Source of the DNA: Vulcanimicrobiota bacterium
GTDB taxonomy: Bacteria; Vulcanimicrobiota; Vulcanimicrobiia; Vulcanimicrobiales; Vulcanimicrobiaceae
NCBI GenBank assembly: GCA_963833095.1
Contig: CAWHWQ010000005.1
Coordinates: 512,001 to 576,000, forward strand
DNA length: 64,000 nucleotides
Direction of reading: 5' to 3'
Made by a program: the position numbers and the translations under genes. Positions 41,095 to 51,014 of this stretch are shown here, piece after piece (the first letter of the stretch is position 1; the number at the start of each line of letters is the position of its first letter). The notes beneath the pieces were generated by a model. That model was not told the DNA's origin. It made no database searches and was given only the letters and a program-made list of their open reading frames with translations.

Positions 41095-43532
41095 CAGGCA
41101 GGCACCACGTCGAGTTTTGCAGCTCGCGCACGCCGCTCGGTGGGCCGGCCGATCATCTGCACCTCGCGCATTTCACCCGCCTCCATTTGCACGCGCGCAG
41201 TATGCCCACGAAATTCGACTTGAACCGGCCGAGACCGATCGAGCATGTTGCACACGAAGATCCGCACCGCGCCGTGCTCGTCCTCAAAACCTATCGCACC
41301 GACTTCGACCGGAGAGATCGTTACTTCGTCGCTTACGTCGCGACCCGCAAAAATGCACGTGAAAGGCTCTTCAGCCGAAAGTTCGGACATGTTGCCGTAG
41401 ATGCGATCGTGTAAGAGGTCGATCACGTAGCTGCAGCGCTTGCCGCCCCAATGTACGCGCGCGGCGGCGATCCACTGCCAATCCTTGGGACGGAGAGGCG
41501 CCAAATGCGGACGGCCGCTGGTGCGATAGCCGTTGAGCCCACCGATCGTCTCAGCAACCGCCCACAAATATTTCGCTCCGGTCCAGGGCGAGAGATACAT
41601 ACCTCTATTAGCCATCGACCCGCCATCAAACCATTCGCCGAACTCACCCGGCACGGTGTTGCGCGCGCTCCCGACCTCCATGGCCGCATAGACGACATTG
41701 AGAAAATGCACGCACTCTTCGACGAATCCATCACGCGCGAGCGCAACGGCGAACCACAACGTGAGATCGGGCCAGATTCCGCCAAGCAGACCGAATCCAT
41801 ACGACGGAAAGTACCATGCATCAGCCGTCGAGATCGTGCGCAATCCGACCGGCGTCACAAAATCCGCTTCCAGCAGCCGGCGTAAAATCGCTTTTCGCTG
41901 CTCGGCCGCTGCTACGCCGAACAAGACCGGAAAGACCTCGTCGGAAGTAAAGTTGTCCTGATAATTGCGATCTTGGTCGTAGTTCAACGCGAACGCACCG
42001 GTGTCGTCGTCGTACAAGTGGTCCATCATCGCTTCGCGAAGCGCCTGCGATTCGTTTGCGTACTTTTCCCAATTATCCCAATCGCTCGCTACCGCGCACA
42101 GCATCGCCGCAGCCTCGAGCGCGAAGACGCCTTCGGCGTTGATTTCAGTCACCGCCCCGTCGAGCGTGTAGTACGGGATGATGTTGCGCCACGAGGAGAT
42201 GCCGTACATGTCGACGCCCTTGGCTTTGCAAAAGAGCAGTCCCTGATCGTCACGCTGGGTGAGCATATAGTCCGCTAACTTCACGATCAACGCAAGGCGT
42301 TCGCGGACCCAGCTTTCGTCGAGCGTAGCGTTGTAATAGTGGAGCATTGCAATGAGATGCAACGGAGTGTCGTCGTTGATATTCAAATCGTACGCCGTAG
42401 CATAGCCGTTGACGCCGCGGACGTACTCGATCATCAGGCCCGATTCATCGACGCACTTATTGAACACTTCGAGCGCGTCGCGACTGAACTCGGGCCAAAA
42501 GTAGTCGAATCCATGCACGAACCACGAGGTGTCGCGCGAGACCAGAATATCCGACGGCGGCGAATTGGTGGAACCCCAACCCTGCGGATATTCCTTGACG
42601 ATGCGAATCATGTTGGCTTTTGCCCACGCGACGCCGCGGCTGATCTCGGGGGAAGGCGTCATGAAGCGCGCGTCGGCCAAACGGCGCGCGTAGTAGCGCT
42701 GCGTGTCGTGCAAGGCGCGTTCGTCATCCAGCAATCGCTCCAGGACGGGAAGGCTTTTTGCGGTACCGTCCTTGTGAAAGACCACCGCAAGCCGCAGTGC
42801 CTCGCGCGCACCCGGCGCGATGGAAATGCGATATTCGAGCGCGCCGTAGACGCGCCGTCCGATCATGGTCGAACGCTCGGCGGCGCCTCGCCCAAAACCA
42901 GGCATGCCTTCGGGCACAAGCGAACCGCGCCGCATACTTTCAGAGAGCACTTGTTCGCGTAACGAAAGCGAGACGGCGCGCGGCTCGCGTGAGCCGCCCC
43001 ACCAGCGCTCGGCACCGGTTTCGTTACTCTTCGAGCAAATAAAACGCCCCTGCGACCAGGCGGTCATCTCGGTCTCGGGCTCACCGTAGAAGCGCTGACC
43101 CACCAGCATCGCCCAGGGAAAGACCGCGACCTCGACCGGTTCCGATCCCGGATTGTAGAGCGTGACGTCGACCACGAATGAAACCGTGCGATCGAACGAC
43201 TCGCCGAAAGGCACATAAAATGCCTCGGTCACGTGCACGCGATGCTCGAGCGTAAATTCTGCGATCTGCGCGTAGGGAAGGAAGGTCAGTTCGCGCGTGA
43301 TCTGGTGAGGAAAGAGGGTCGTCCGCTGGTCTTCGACGATACGGTAAGCAATGTGATGCGTGCCGAAGATGATCTTGTCGGTGTCGGCATCCCACAGCCC
43401 ACGAATGCCACCTTTTGCGGTGGACTGCGCGTAGGACTTGTAATTCCCGAGCAAGAGCCCGTAGGGCGTTTGCGATTCAGGAACGACGTATGCGCAAAAC
43501 TCGTTCCGCTGCGCGTCATAGCTCGGACCCAC
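41094..43532 (-). CDS. (alpha/alpha)6-barrel glycoside hydrolase (amylo-alpha-1,6-glucosidase/GH63-like)
   Basis: SRDTSW, DDTPLHLI, GLRTIS, GIWP, EFGEWFD; no signal peptide. Confidence 0.75.
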   Translation of the reverse strand: MGPSYDAQRNEFCAYVVPESQTPYGLLLGNYKSYAQSTAKGGIRGLWDADTDKIIFGTHHIAYRIVEDQRTTLFPHQITRELTFLPYAQIAEFTLEHRVHVTEAFYVPFGESFDRTVSFVVDVTLYNPGSEPVEVAVFPWAMLVGQRFYGEPETEMTAWSQGRFICSKSNETGAERWWGGSREPRAVSLSLREQVLSESMRRGSLVPEGMPGFGRGAAERSTMIGRRVYGALEYRISIAPGAREALRLAVVFHKDGTAKSLPVLERLLDDERALHDTQRYYARRLADARFMTPSPEISRGVAWAKANMIRIVKEYPQGWGSTNSPPSDILVSRDTSWFVHGFDYFWPEFSRDALEVFNKCVDESGLMIEYVRGVNGYATAYDLNINDDTPLHLIAMLHYYNATLDESWVRERLALIVKLADYMLTQRDDQGLLFCKAKGVDMYGISSWRNIIPYYTLDGAVTEINAEGVFALEAAAMLCAVASDWDNWEKYANESQALREAMMDHLYDDDTGAFALNYDQDRNYQDNFTSDEVFPVLFGVAAAEQRKAILRRLLEADFVTPVGLRTISTADAWYFPSYGFGLLGGIWPDLTLWFAVALARDGFVEECVHFLNVVYAAMEVGSARNTVPGEFGEWFDGGSMANRGMYLSPWTGAKYLWAVAETIGGLNGYRTSGRPHLAPLRPKDWQWIAAARVHWGGKRCSYVIDLLHDRIYGNMSELSAEEPFTCIFAGRDVSDEVTISPVEVGAIGFEDEHGAVRIFVCNMLDRSRPVQVEFRGHTARVQMEAGEMREVQMIGRPTERRARAAKLDVVPA

Positions 43533-43580
43533 TTGTGGGCTCTACGCCCTTGACCGCAGCGCCCCTTTCGATTGAAACTA

Positions 43581-44456
43581 ATGCCGATGACCTTCGCTTG
43601 CCCTGCAAAAATCAATTTGACCCTTGAAGTGATCGGGCGCCGCGACGATGGCTACCATGCGCTGCGCAGTGTCATGGTGCCACTCGAGCTTGCCGACGAG
43701 CTGCAAATCGTGCCGGCCGGGCACTTTTCATTCACTTGCAGCGATCCAGCGCTCGAGAGCGATGACAATCTCGTCGTTCGGGCGGCGCTGGCGCTCAAAC
43801 CGCCACCCGACTATACGATGATCCTGCGTAAGATCATACCGACGCAGGCCGGGTTGGGCGGCGGGTCGAGCGATGCCGCCGCCGTCCTCCGCGCCGCGAT
43901 GGCCGGCGCGTTCGGGCGGAGTTATGCCGCTGACTGGCTCGCGCTTGCGCGTTCACTTGGCTCGGACGTGCCTTTTTTTCTTTCGGATTCCGGCGCGCTG
44001 GTTGAAGGGACTGGCGAGCGAGTGACCGCGCTGGGCGCCCTGCCTCCCTGGCACGTCCTGGTCGTCAAACCGCCGGTTGCCGTTTCGACGGCCGCCGCTT
44101 ACGCGCAACTCGATCGCTCGCCGTTGCCGTCGCGTCCACGCAGTACCTCGAGCTCGCTCGCCATGCTGGCCGCGCTTCAGCGCGGCGATTTTGATGAAGT
44201 CACGCGCGCGCTCACCAACGATTTTGAAGAGATCATCGCCGGGTCGACACCCGAAGTCGCGCGCGCGATCGACGCATTACGCAGAGCCGGCGCAACGAAC
44301 GCGCTGTTGGCAGGTTCGGGCTCGGCCGTGTTCACGCTCGCGCGCGACGCGCAGGTAATCGCGCAGATCGTCGCGCGGCTCGATCTGGATGCGGCATACG
44401 CGCGGTACCCGACGACGTTTGCGCAGAGCCATTCGTGGCGCAAAAACACATCATGA
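43581..44456 (+). CDS. ispE: CDP-ME kinase
   Basis: PAKINL, RRDDGYH, IPTQAGLGGGSSDAAA, LGSDVPF, GSGSAVF. Confidence 0.96.
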   Translation: MPMTFACPAKINLTLEVIGRRDDGYHALRSVMVPLELADELQIVPAGHFSFTCSDPALESDDNLVVRAALALKPPPDYTMILRKIIPTQAGLGGGSSDAAAVLRAAMAGAFGRSYAADWLALARSLGSDVPFFLSDSGALVEGTGERVTALGALPPWHVLVVKPPVAVSTAAAYAQLDRSPLPSRPRSTSSSLAMLAALQRGDFDEVTRALTNDFEEIIAGSTPEVARAIDALRRAGATNALLAGSGSAVFTLARDAQVIAQIVARLDLDAAYARYPTTFAQSHSWRKNTS

Positions 44457-45226
44457 CCACCGCCGTCGTTCTCGCCGGTGGGCCGGCGGATGATGTGGCG
44501 GCGCTAGAACGCGGCGCAGTCAACAAGGCCTTCGTGCACATCGGCGGCGTGACGCTGGTCGAGCGCACGCTGCGCGCGCTTCGCTCGAGTTCGCAAATCG
44601 ATCGGATCGTCGTAGTCGCACCGGTTGAGGCTCATACGGATCTCGCATTGGCGCTTGCCGACGAACGGCGCGCGGACGGCGCGAAGATTCGAACGAGTTT
44701 GCGCAACGGCCTCGATGGCATGCCCCCGGACGAAATCGTGCTCGTCAGCACGTCGGATTTGCCCATCCTCACGCCGGCGTCGGTCGATGATTTCGTCGAG
44801 CACGCGCTCGAGCAGGACGCCGACCTCGGGTACGGCTGCGTCGAGCGGACCGTGCACGAGGCCCTTTATCCCGAGGTTCCCCACACCTGGGCACGCCTGC
44901 GTGACGGGACGTTCTGCGGCGCCGGATTCGTTGCGATCAAACCCCGCATTCTTCCCACGCTCGAAGGCTTCATCGAACGCCTCGGCGCAGCGCGCAAGAA
45001 TCCGTTACGATTGGCCTCGATCTTCGGTTGGGACGTGCTCGCCCGCTTTGCGCTAGGCCGGCTGACGATTGCCGGCGCCGAGCGGCGCGCATCGAGCTTA
45101 CTCGGCGCCCGCGTCTGCGCGCTCGTATCGCCCTATCCCGAAACCGGGGTCAACGTAGACCGGATTAGTGACGTTGCACTTGCGGAACGACTCGTGCTAG
45201 CCTCTCTTTTACCAGCCCAGGAATGA
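44453..45226 (+). CDS. MobA-like NTP transferase
   Basis: VVLAGG, NKAFVHIGG, TSDLP; ATGA-coupled to ispE. Confidence 0.82.
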   Translation: MTTAVVLAGGPADDVAALERGAVNKAFVHIGGVTLVERTLRALRSSSQIDRIVVVAPVEAHTDLALALADERRADGAKIRTSLRNGLDGMPPDEIVLVSTSDLPILTPASVDDFVEHALEQDADLGYGCVERTVHEALYPEVPHTWARLRDGTFCGAGFVAIKPRILPTLEGFIERLGAARKNPLRLASIFGWDVLARFALGRLTIAGAERRASSLLGARVCALVSPYPETGVNVDRISDVALAERLVLASLLPAQE

Positions 45227-45233
45227 GGAGTAC

Positions 45234-45833
45234 ATGTCCATTCTTTCCGACGTCAAAGAAATTGAAGCAAAGGTCCGCGAGTCAATGGAAAACGGGCCGG
45301 TGACGCCCTACTATACGTTGCCGCTCGACAAAGTCTATGAGGTTCTCAACGCGGCGCTGGCTTCAGAGATCATTTGCGTGCTGCGCTACAAACAGCACTA
45401 CTACATGACCACCTCGATCCATCAGGAACAGCTACAAGATCTCTTCAAAGAGCACTGGATGGATGAGGAAGGCCACCTCGAACGGATTGCGGATCGGATC
45501 AAGCAGCTTGGCGGCGTTCCCAACCTGGACCCCAACGGCATCAGCAAGCGAGCCTTCTCCAAGTTCGAGAGCGGTCACACCTTGGCCGACCTCCTTCGCG
45601 AGGATCTCCTCGCCGAGCGCGTGGTGATCAAGATGTACGGCGACATCGTCACCTTTTTCGGACAAGCCGATCCGGTGAGCCGGCGCATGTTCGAGGAAAT
45701 CCTCAAAGACGAAGAAGATCACGCCGACGAGATCGCTGATCTCCTCTACACCGTCGATCCCAAGACGGGCAAAACCGCCGAGCAATTCGCCGGCGACGGT
45801 GTGCTACAGCCCTTCAAAGCCAACGGTAAATAA
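45234..45833 (+). CDS. Ferritin-like (bacterioferritin-type) protein
   Basis: ASE..Y, DEEGH..RIKQLGG, EDLLAER, DEEDH di-iron ligands. Confidence 0.88.
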   Translation: MSILSDVKEIEAKVRESMENGPVTPYYTLPLDKVYEVLNAALASEIICVLRYKQHYYMTTSIHQEQLQDLFKEHWMDEEGHLERIADRIKQLGGVPNLDPNGISKRAFSKFESGHTLADLLREDLLAERVVIKMYGDIVTFFGQADPVSRRMFEEILKDEEDHADEIADLLYTVDPKTGKTAEQFAGDGVLQPFKANGK

Positions 45834-45834
45834 C

Positions 45835-46401
45835 TTAGGTCGGAGTTCTCCAGCGCTTGAACAAGTCGTTCGTGATTCCGAACTGGTCGAGCGCCTTGCC
45901 CACCGTATGCGCGACGATGTCGTCGACGCTCTGGGGAGCTGCGTACATCGCGGGGATCGGCGGCAGGATTACCGCGCCGATCTCGGCGAGCTGCGCTAGC
46001 GTACGCAAGTGACCGAGATGCAGTGGGGTTTCGCGCACCACCAGCACCAGCTTGCGCCTTTCCTTTAGACACACGTCGGCGGCGCGCACCAGTAGATTAT
46101 CGTTGATCGAATAGGCTATCGCACTTGCGCTCTTCATCGAACATGGAATCACGAGCATCCCGTCGGTGACGAACGATCCACTCGAGATCGCGGCAGCAAG
46201 GTCGTCGCCGCGATGCGCGACGTCGGCCAGCGCCTCGAAATCATCGGGCGTCATTTCCATTTCAAGTTCGATCGTCCGACGTGCCGCGTCGCTAATCACA
46301 ACGTGCGTCTCAACGCCGCCGATCGCGCGCAACGCTTGCAGCGCCATGTAACCGTAAGCGCTGCCGCTCGCGCCGCTGATCCCAATAATGATGCGCCGCA
46401 T
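45835..46401 (-). CDS. ubiX: Flavin prenyltransferase
   Basis: GISGASG, ISSGSF, PCSMKS, RAADVCLKERR, RETPL. Confidence 0.96.
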   Translation of the reverse strand: MRRIIIGISGASGSAYGYMALQALRAIGGVETHVVISDAARRTIELEMEMTPDDFEALADVAHRGDDLAAAISSGSFVTDGMLVIPCSMKSASAIAYSINDNLLVRAADVCLKERRKLVLVVRETPLHLGHLRTLAQLAEIGAVILPPIPAMYAAPQSVDDIVAHTVGKALDQFGITNDLFKRWRTPT

Positions 46402-46460
46402 GATTCCCCTTTATACGCCGGATGCAGGGGCGCCTGGTGCGACCTGTAACTCAAACTGTA

Positions 46461-46730
46461 GCGACCTACAAGTCGGGTGCACGTAGTGTTGCTGCATGTT
46501 TTCGGGACGAGCCACAAGGAGCGATGAGCGACAAAAGCACAGCTTTGCGAGCGAAGAGCGACGACGTCGCTCGCCCGAAAACGCGCAGCCCTCTGGGTCA
46601 CGGGCAGCGCGGGCGCGCTGGCTTCGTTGCTCGTCGGTCACAGAGCTATGGCTATGCTCCCTCCTCGCGCCTTGCCAATCGCACCCGCGGTGCCCACGAC
46701 AACACCACGCGCACCCAACTTGCAGGTCGC
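46461..46730. repeat. 270-bp branched palindromic element with two inverted tandem-GA cores
   Basis: 31-bp outer arms 46461-46491 and 46700-46730; inner stems 46492-46512/46569-46588 and 46597-46622/46674-46700, each capped by a GA-ladder core. Confidence 0.8.
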
Positions 46731-46735
46731 TGATC

Positions 46736-47992
46736 GTGAACGCTTCGCTGGCTGCTGCATTTATCGCCGATCTTCGCGCCTGGTGGGATACCCGAGAAGA
46801 CGCAACGCTGATTCGGGCGCTGCGTTCGCCATTTTCCGGCGTGCCGCACGACACTGCTGCAGCGTACGCGACTGCCGCGACTCGTGTCCCGCCTCTTCTG
46901 GATGCGATCTCGCGTGGACTCCTTGCCGTGCCGACGGCGGAACGCGACGCGCTGTTGCAATTCGCCGAGCGCGTTCGTACGCTCGAGCCCGAAACCGATG
47001 TATACGAGCTGTTTGCAATCACCGCCGGCGCTGGCGACTCCGGCGAAGACGATGGTTCAGATTTCGCGTTGACACCTGGACAAACGCCGGATCCGCGCTC
47101 CGGTGTACGCGCCCGTCAGACGCATTTTTCCGCCTCGGCACTCAACGCGTACGCGGAATGCGCGCGCAAATGGTACTACCGCTACGTTTGCGCCGCCGTT
47201 GAGGACGCGCCTTCGTCGGCGTCGACCTACGGAACGGCATTCCACGCCGCGCTCGAAGACTTTCACGGTGAATTTCCGCAGCCACGTTCCGAGGACGAGG
47301 CGGCAATGCGTGCAAAAATCGCCGGCTACGTGAATTGGGCATTTGAACGCTATCGCGATCAGTTCGATGCGCCTGTCGAATTCGAACTGCAAAAGCGCCG
47401 GGCCCTGCGCACGGCGGAACGATACGTCGATTGGCTGCTGGCCGAAGCGGCGCGCGCGCCTTTTACCGTGATAGGCCGCGAGATCCCGGTCAACCTCGAT
47501 CTGGACGGCTTCGATTTTGTCGGGTTCATCGATCGCCTGGATCGCGACGAACGTACCGGCGCCGTGAGCATCTTCGATTACAAAACCGGCTCGATCGCGA
47601 CCAGTGCCGCCGAGTATCGCGACGAGGTCCGACGCTTCAACGATTTTCAACTTCCCTTCTACTACTGGGCGCGCAGCGCGGCGGGCGATCGCGTCTACCG
47701 GCTCGCCTTGATTCCGCTCAAAGACGCCTTGCTTGACGTCGTCCCGATTTCACTCGAAGTTGTGGCGGTGGCCGGCCCAAATGGAAAACGCAGCGCGTCG
47801 CCGAGCGGCACGATCGCCATCGCCGATCTCGAGCGTGCGCGCTCGCGAATGATCGAAATCTGCCGCGAACTCAGTTCCGGTAAGCTCGAACGCTTCGCTG
47901 TGACCAGCGACCCCGCAGCCTGCACGTACTGCGCCTACCGCGACGCCTGCGCCGACCGGCCACACGACGAGCGCGAGCGCTTCGGACGATGA
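46736..47992 (+). CDS. PD-(D/E)XK nuclease, AddB/Cas4-like, with Fe-S cysteines
   Basis: FSASALNAYAEC, GTAFH, GFIDRLD, IFDYKTG, QLPFY, CTYCAYRDAC; GTG start inferred after the repeat. Confidence 0.88.
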   Translation: MNASLAAAFIADLRAWWDTREDATLIRALRSPFSGVPHDTAAAYATAATRVPPLLDAISRGLLAVPTAERDALLQFAERVRTLEPETDVYELFAITAGAGDSGEDDGSDFALTPGQTPDPRSGVRARQTHFSASALNAYAECARKWYYRYVCAAVEDAPSSASTYGTAFHAALEDFHGEFPQPRSEDEAAMRAKIAGYVNWAFERYRDQFDAPVEFELQKRRALRTAERYVDWLLAEAARAPFTVIGREIPVNLDLDGFDFVGFIDRLDRDERTGAVSIFDYKTGSIATSAAEYRDEVRRFNDFQLPFYYWARSAAGDRVYRLALIPLKDALLDVVPISLEVVAVAGPNGKRSASPSGTIAIADLERARSRMIEICRELSSGKLERFAVTSDPAACTYCAYRDACADRPHDERERFGR

Positions 47993-50052
47993 TGACCATC
48001 GATTTGCGCACCGAGCAACAAGAAGCGGTTGACGCCGGCTTCGAGGCGTCGCTCGAGATTGCCGGCGCGAGCCGTAGCGGAAAGACCACCGCGCTGCGAG
48101 CGCGCGCGCGACGATATGAAGATGAATGCGGACGCCCCCATCTGTTTGCAAACCATCCGTGCGAACTCGTCGCCTTGGCCCGCGCAACGCTTGACGCAGC
48201 AAACACACCGGTTCGTATCGTCGATGAAATGGAGGCGCGGCGCGCATTCGCTCGGTGCGCGCAGCCGCTTCTCGAGCTTACGTGGCCGGAGCTCCTTAAG
48301 GGAACTATCGATCCCGAGGTAGCGGCGTTGCGTATGCCGCAGCGCTTTGTCGAGGCAGCCTATCGTATGGTACGCAAGCTACGCGACGCGAACATCGATC
48401 CGCAGACCTTCCTCGACCGGTCGCTCGCTGGTGCAACCGATTTTTACGCTAAGCCGCCCAATTTCGCCCACTCAGCGCTCATCGCCGCGACCAAGGATGC
48501 ATATCGCGACTCGCTCGACGTCACGCCGCAAGAGCTGCAGCGGCAATACCGTCGCGAGATCGACCTCGCGAAGATTCTGCATCGGCTCTACGCAGACTAC
48601 GTAGCGTCAACACACGCAAGCGACGCATTGTGCGAAAGCGATGCCGTTGCGCTAGCCCTCGAGCGGCTGCGCGAACGATCCGAGTTGGCGCATGCCGTGC
48701 GCGAACGTTTCGCGCACGTCTTTGTGGATGAGATGCAGGAAGCGACGCCCGCGCAACGCGCCCTGCTCGACACCATCTACGGGATGCCGCTGCGTAGCGT
48801 GAGTTTCGCGGGGGACGCAAAGGCGGCGACGAGCCGCTTTCGAGGCTCGCGTCCCGATGTTGCGCTCGCGGGCGCACAGCTCACCGTGCGGCTCACTCAC
48901 GCTGCGGGCAAGCCGGCAATCTCGATGCATCGCACGAAGACACAGGTCGACGAAGCGGCATTCGTGGCCGAACGGATACGAGAAGAAATCGAGCGCGGTG
49001 TGCCCCCCGAAGAGATCGCCGTGCTGTTCCGGAGCAGCGGCGACGTGCAAATGTATCTCGACGCGCTTCTCGAGCGAGACATTCCAGCAGCCGCCGCCGG
49101 TGACGTCAACGTGTTTGCCGATCGCCGCGCGCTCGACGCGATCGCCCTCCTTTGGAACGTTTGGGATCCGTTTCGACATGAATGGCTCCTACGAACGCTC
49201 AGCGGCAAGGCAATGGCGCTCGCGGATGCGTCGGTTGCCGTGCTTTGCGCCGATCCACCTAGTCCGCAGGCCGCGCTCTTCGCGCTCGACCTCGAGCAAG
49301 CTCCCACGGCGCGAACGAGCCGTTGGGATCCCAAGCGCGACGTGCGCCTCGGATGGAACGTGCTGCGCGGTGACGCCGATATTTCCCTCAACGAAAGCGC
49401 TCGCGAACGCATCTTGCGCTTCCGAACCACGCGAGACGGGTGGACCCAGGCCATGACCGCATTGCCGCTGGCCGCGTTCGTGCGCAAGGTTTGGTCGGAA
49501 GGCCTCGCGTCCGAAGGTCCGCCGGACTCGGCGCGCGCGCGAGCCCAGCAGCATATCCTGCGTCACGTGCTGCGCCGTCTCCTCATGCTGCAACGCGAGC
49601 GCCCGAGCGCGACGCTCGGCGATCTACTCGCCGACATCTCGGAGCGCGCCGAGAGCGATTGCGAAACCTGCGACGCCACCCTCGATCCGGGATTCGTGCA
49701 AATGCTCAATATCGACGAAGCCCGCGGACGTTCGTTCGCCTTCGTTGCGATCCCGGACGCGCGCGCAGGTTCGTTTCCGCGTTGGTACGTTCCCGATGCC
49801 TTTCTTTGGAGTCCGATGCTCGGCATGATTCCGCGCGAGAACGCCGGTGCGGCGCGAGCCTCGCGCACGGCGAAATTCAGCTACTATCTCTACCGCACTA
49901 AGGCACGCGACGCATATAACGCGCAGGAGCGCTGCGCGTTCGAGTACGCACTTTCGCGCGCGCGTGCCACGGTACTGGTGACGGCTTGCGGATCGCCTAC
50001 GCGTGGCATTACGGCGCCCGAATTCTTGGAAGAGCTGCGCAACGCGCGATGA
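47989..50052 (+). CDS. Degenerate UvrD/SF1A helicase-like protein
   Basis: EQQEAV, GASRSGKTT, FVDEMQE, IAVLFRS, ALSRA; motifs III-VI divergent. Confidence 0.82.
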   Translation: MMTIDLRTEQQEAVDAGFEASLEIAGASRSGKTTALRARARRYEDECGRPHLFANHPCELVALARATLDAANTPVRIVDEMEARRAFARCAQPLLELTWPELLKGTIDPEVAALRMPQRFVEAAYRMVRKLRDANIDPQTFLDRSLAGATDFYAKPPNFAHSALIAATKDAYRDSLDVTPQELQRQYRREIDLAKILHRLYADYVASTHASDALCESDAVALALERLRERSELAHAVRERFAHVFVDEMQEATPAQRALLDTIYGMPLRSVSFAGDAKAATSRFRGSRPDVALAGAQLTVRLTHAAGKPAISMHRTKTQVDEAAFVAERIREEIERGVPPEEIAVLFRSSGDVQMYLDALLERDIPAAAAGDVNVFADRRALDAIALLWNVWDPFRHEWLLRTLSGKAMALADASVAVLCADPPSPQAALFALDLEQAPTARTSRWDPKRDVRLGWNVLRGDADISLNESARERILRFRTTRDGWTQAMTALPLAAFVRKVWSEGLASEGPPDSARARAQQHILRHVLRRLLMLQRERPSATLGDLLADISERAESDCETCDATLDPGFVQMLNIDEARGRSFAFVAIPDARAGSFPRWYVPDAFLWSPMLGMIPRENAGAARASRTAKFSYYLYRTKARDAYNAQERCAFEYALSRARATVLVTACGSPTRGITAPEFLEELRNAR

Positions 50053-51005
50053 AATTGCGGGCCATCGATTTCGACACGTACGCAGCCGAAGTACTTCCAC
50101 ATACGGCAGAGTTGTGGGCGGGAGAACGCACGCGGGATCGCTACATCGCGCAGACCGCAGAGATCGCGCGTTGCGGGTATGGGCGGCGGCATTACCGCAC
50201 GGTGGGACTCTACGAAGATAAGCACCTGCTCGCATCGTTCAAGCGATACGAGCGGACGCTGCGCGTCGGCGGTGAGCGCTTGCGAGCGATCGGAATTGGG
50301 GCAGTCTTCACCCCTGCCGAGCTGCGCGGACGAGGTTATGCAAGCGCCATGCTCGCGATGGAGCTCGATCGCTCGCGCTCCGAGGGCGTCGACGTCGCGT
50401 TTCTTTTCTCCGATATCCGTCCGGAGTTTTATTCGGAACTCGGCTTCGTGGCGATGCCGTCGCGCTCGGTAACTTTGCGTGCCGACAGCCTGCCGCGCTC
50501 GCGCGTCGAAGTTTGGGGACTCGACGATCGCGACTGGATCGGGGTACAGCGTTGCTTTGAGCTCGGGGAAAGGAATCGAGACTGGGCCTTCGTGCGAACG
50601 CCGCTGGTGTGGGAGTGGCTTCGCCTGCGTATGCGCCATGGATCCGAGCACCCCGAAAGTATCGAGACGAACCTGGTGGTGCGGCGCGGGCGCGCCATTG
50701 CCGCCTACGTGCTCGGTGCGCGCGCCGCACGACACGATGCCTTTATTCTCGATGAGTTCGGCTTTGCCGACGCGCAAAGCGCCGCGTTGATCCCGGCACT
50801 ACTTCGCAGCGCGGCGGGCGACTTGCGACGCGTGACCGGTTGGCTTCCCCCGGAAACGTCGCGTGATATTTTGCCCCACGTCGCGGTGCGTAAGCGCGCG
50901 AAGGCCGTGTTCATGGCTGCGCCTCTCTCGCCTGCGGCAAAGCAATGGGTGAAGCTCGCGGCGGACGCGAAGATGGACGGCGTGTGGAGTTCCGATCACA
51001 TCTAG
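50049..51005 (+). CDS. GNAT acetyltransferase (Eis-like)
   Basis: GIGAVFT..LRGRGYAS, FLFSD..FYSELGF; ATGA-coupled. Confidence 0.85.
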   Translation: MKLRAIDFDTYAAEVLPHTAELWAGERTRDRYIAQTAEIARCGYGRRHYRTVGLYEDKHLLASFKRYERTLRVGGERLRAIGIGAVFTPAELRGRGYASAMLAMELDRSRSEGVDVAFLFSDIRPEFYSELGFVAMPSRSVTLRADSLPRSRVEVWGLDDRDWIGVQRCFELGERNRDWAFVRTPLVWEWLRLRMRHGSEHPESIETNLVVRRGRAIAAYVLGARAARHDAFILDEFGFADAQSAALIPALLRSAAGDLRRVTGWLPPETSRDILPHVAVRKRAKAVFMAAPLSPAAKQWVKLAADAKMDGVWSSDHI

Positions 51006-51014
51006 CGTCTCGAG

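Noticed and set aside
45234..46401. Encapsulin cargo system or UbiX/UbiD decarboxylation operon
   Set aside because: No encapsulin or ubiD gene in the window; stand-alone copies are common
46461..46730. 6S RNA, SRP RNA, RNase P or tmRNA
   Set aside because: No diagnostic motifs recognised; cores recur elsewhere and on both strands
46422..46735. ORF 46422-46733 and the N-terminal extension of ORF 46496
   Set aside because: They translate the palindromic repeat and are not protein-like
46736..47992. Cas4 of a CRISPR system
   Set aside because: No array or other cas genes; size and N-terminus fit an AddB-like nuclease
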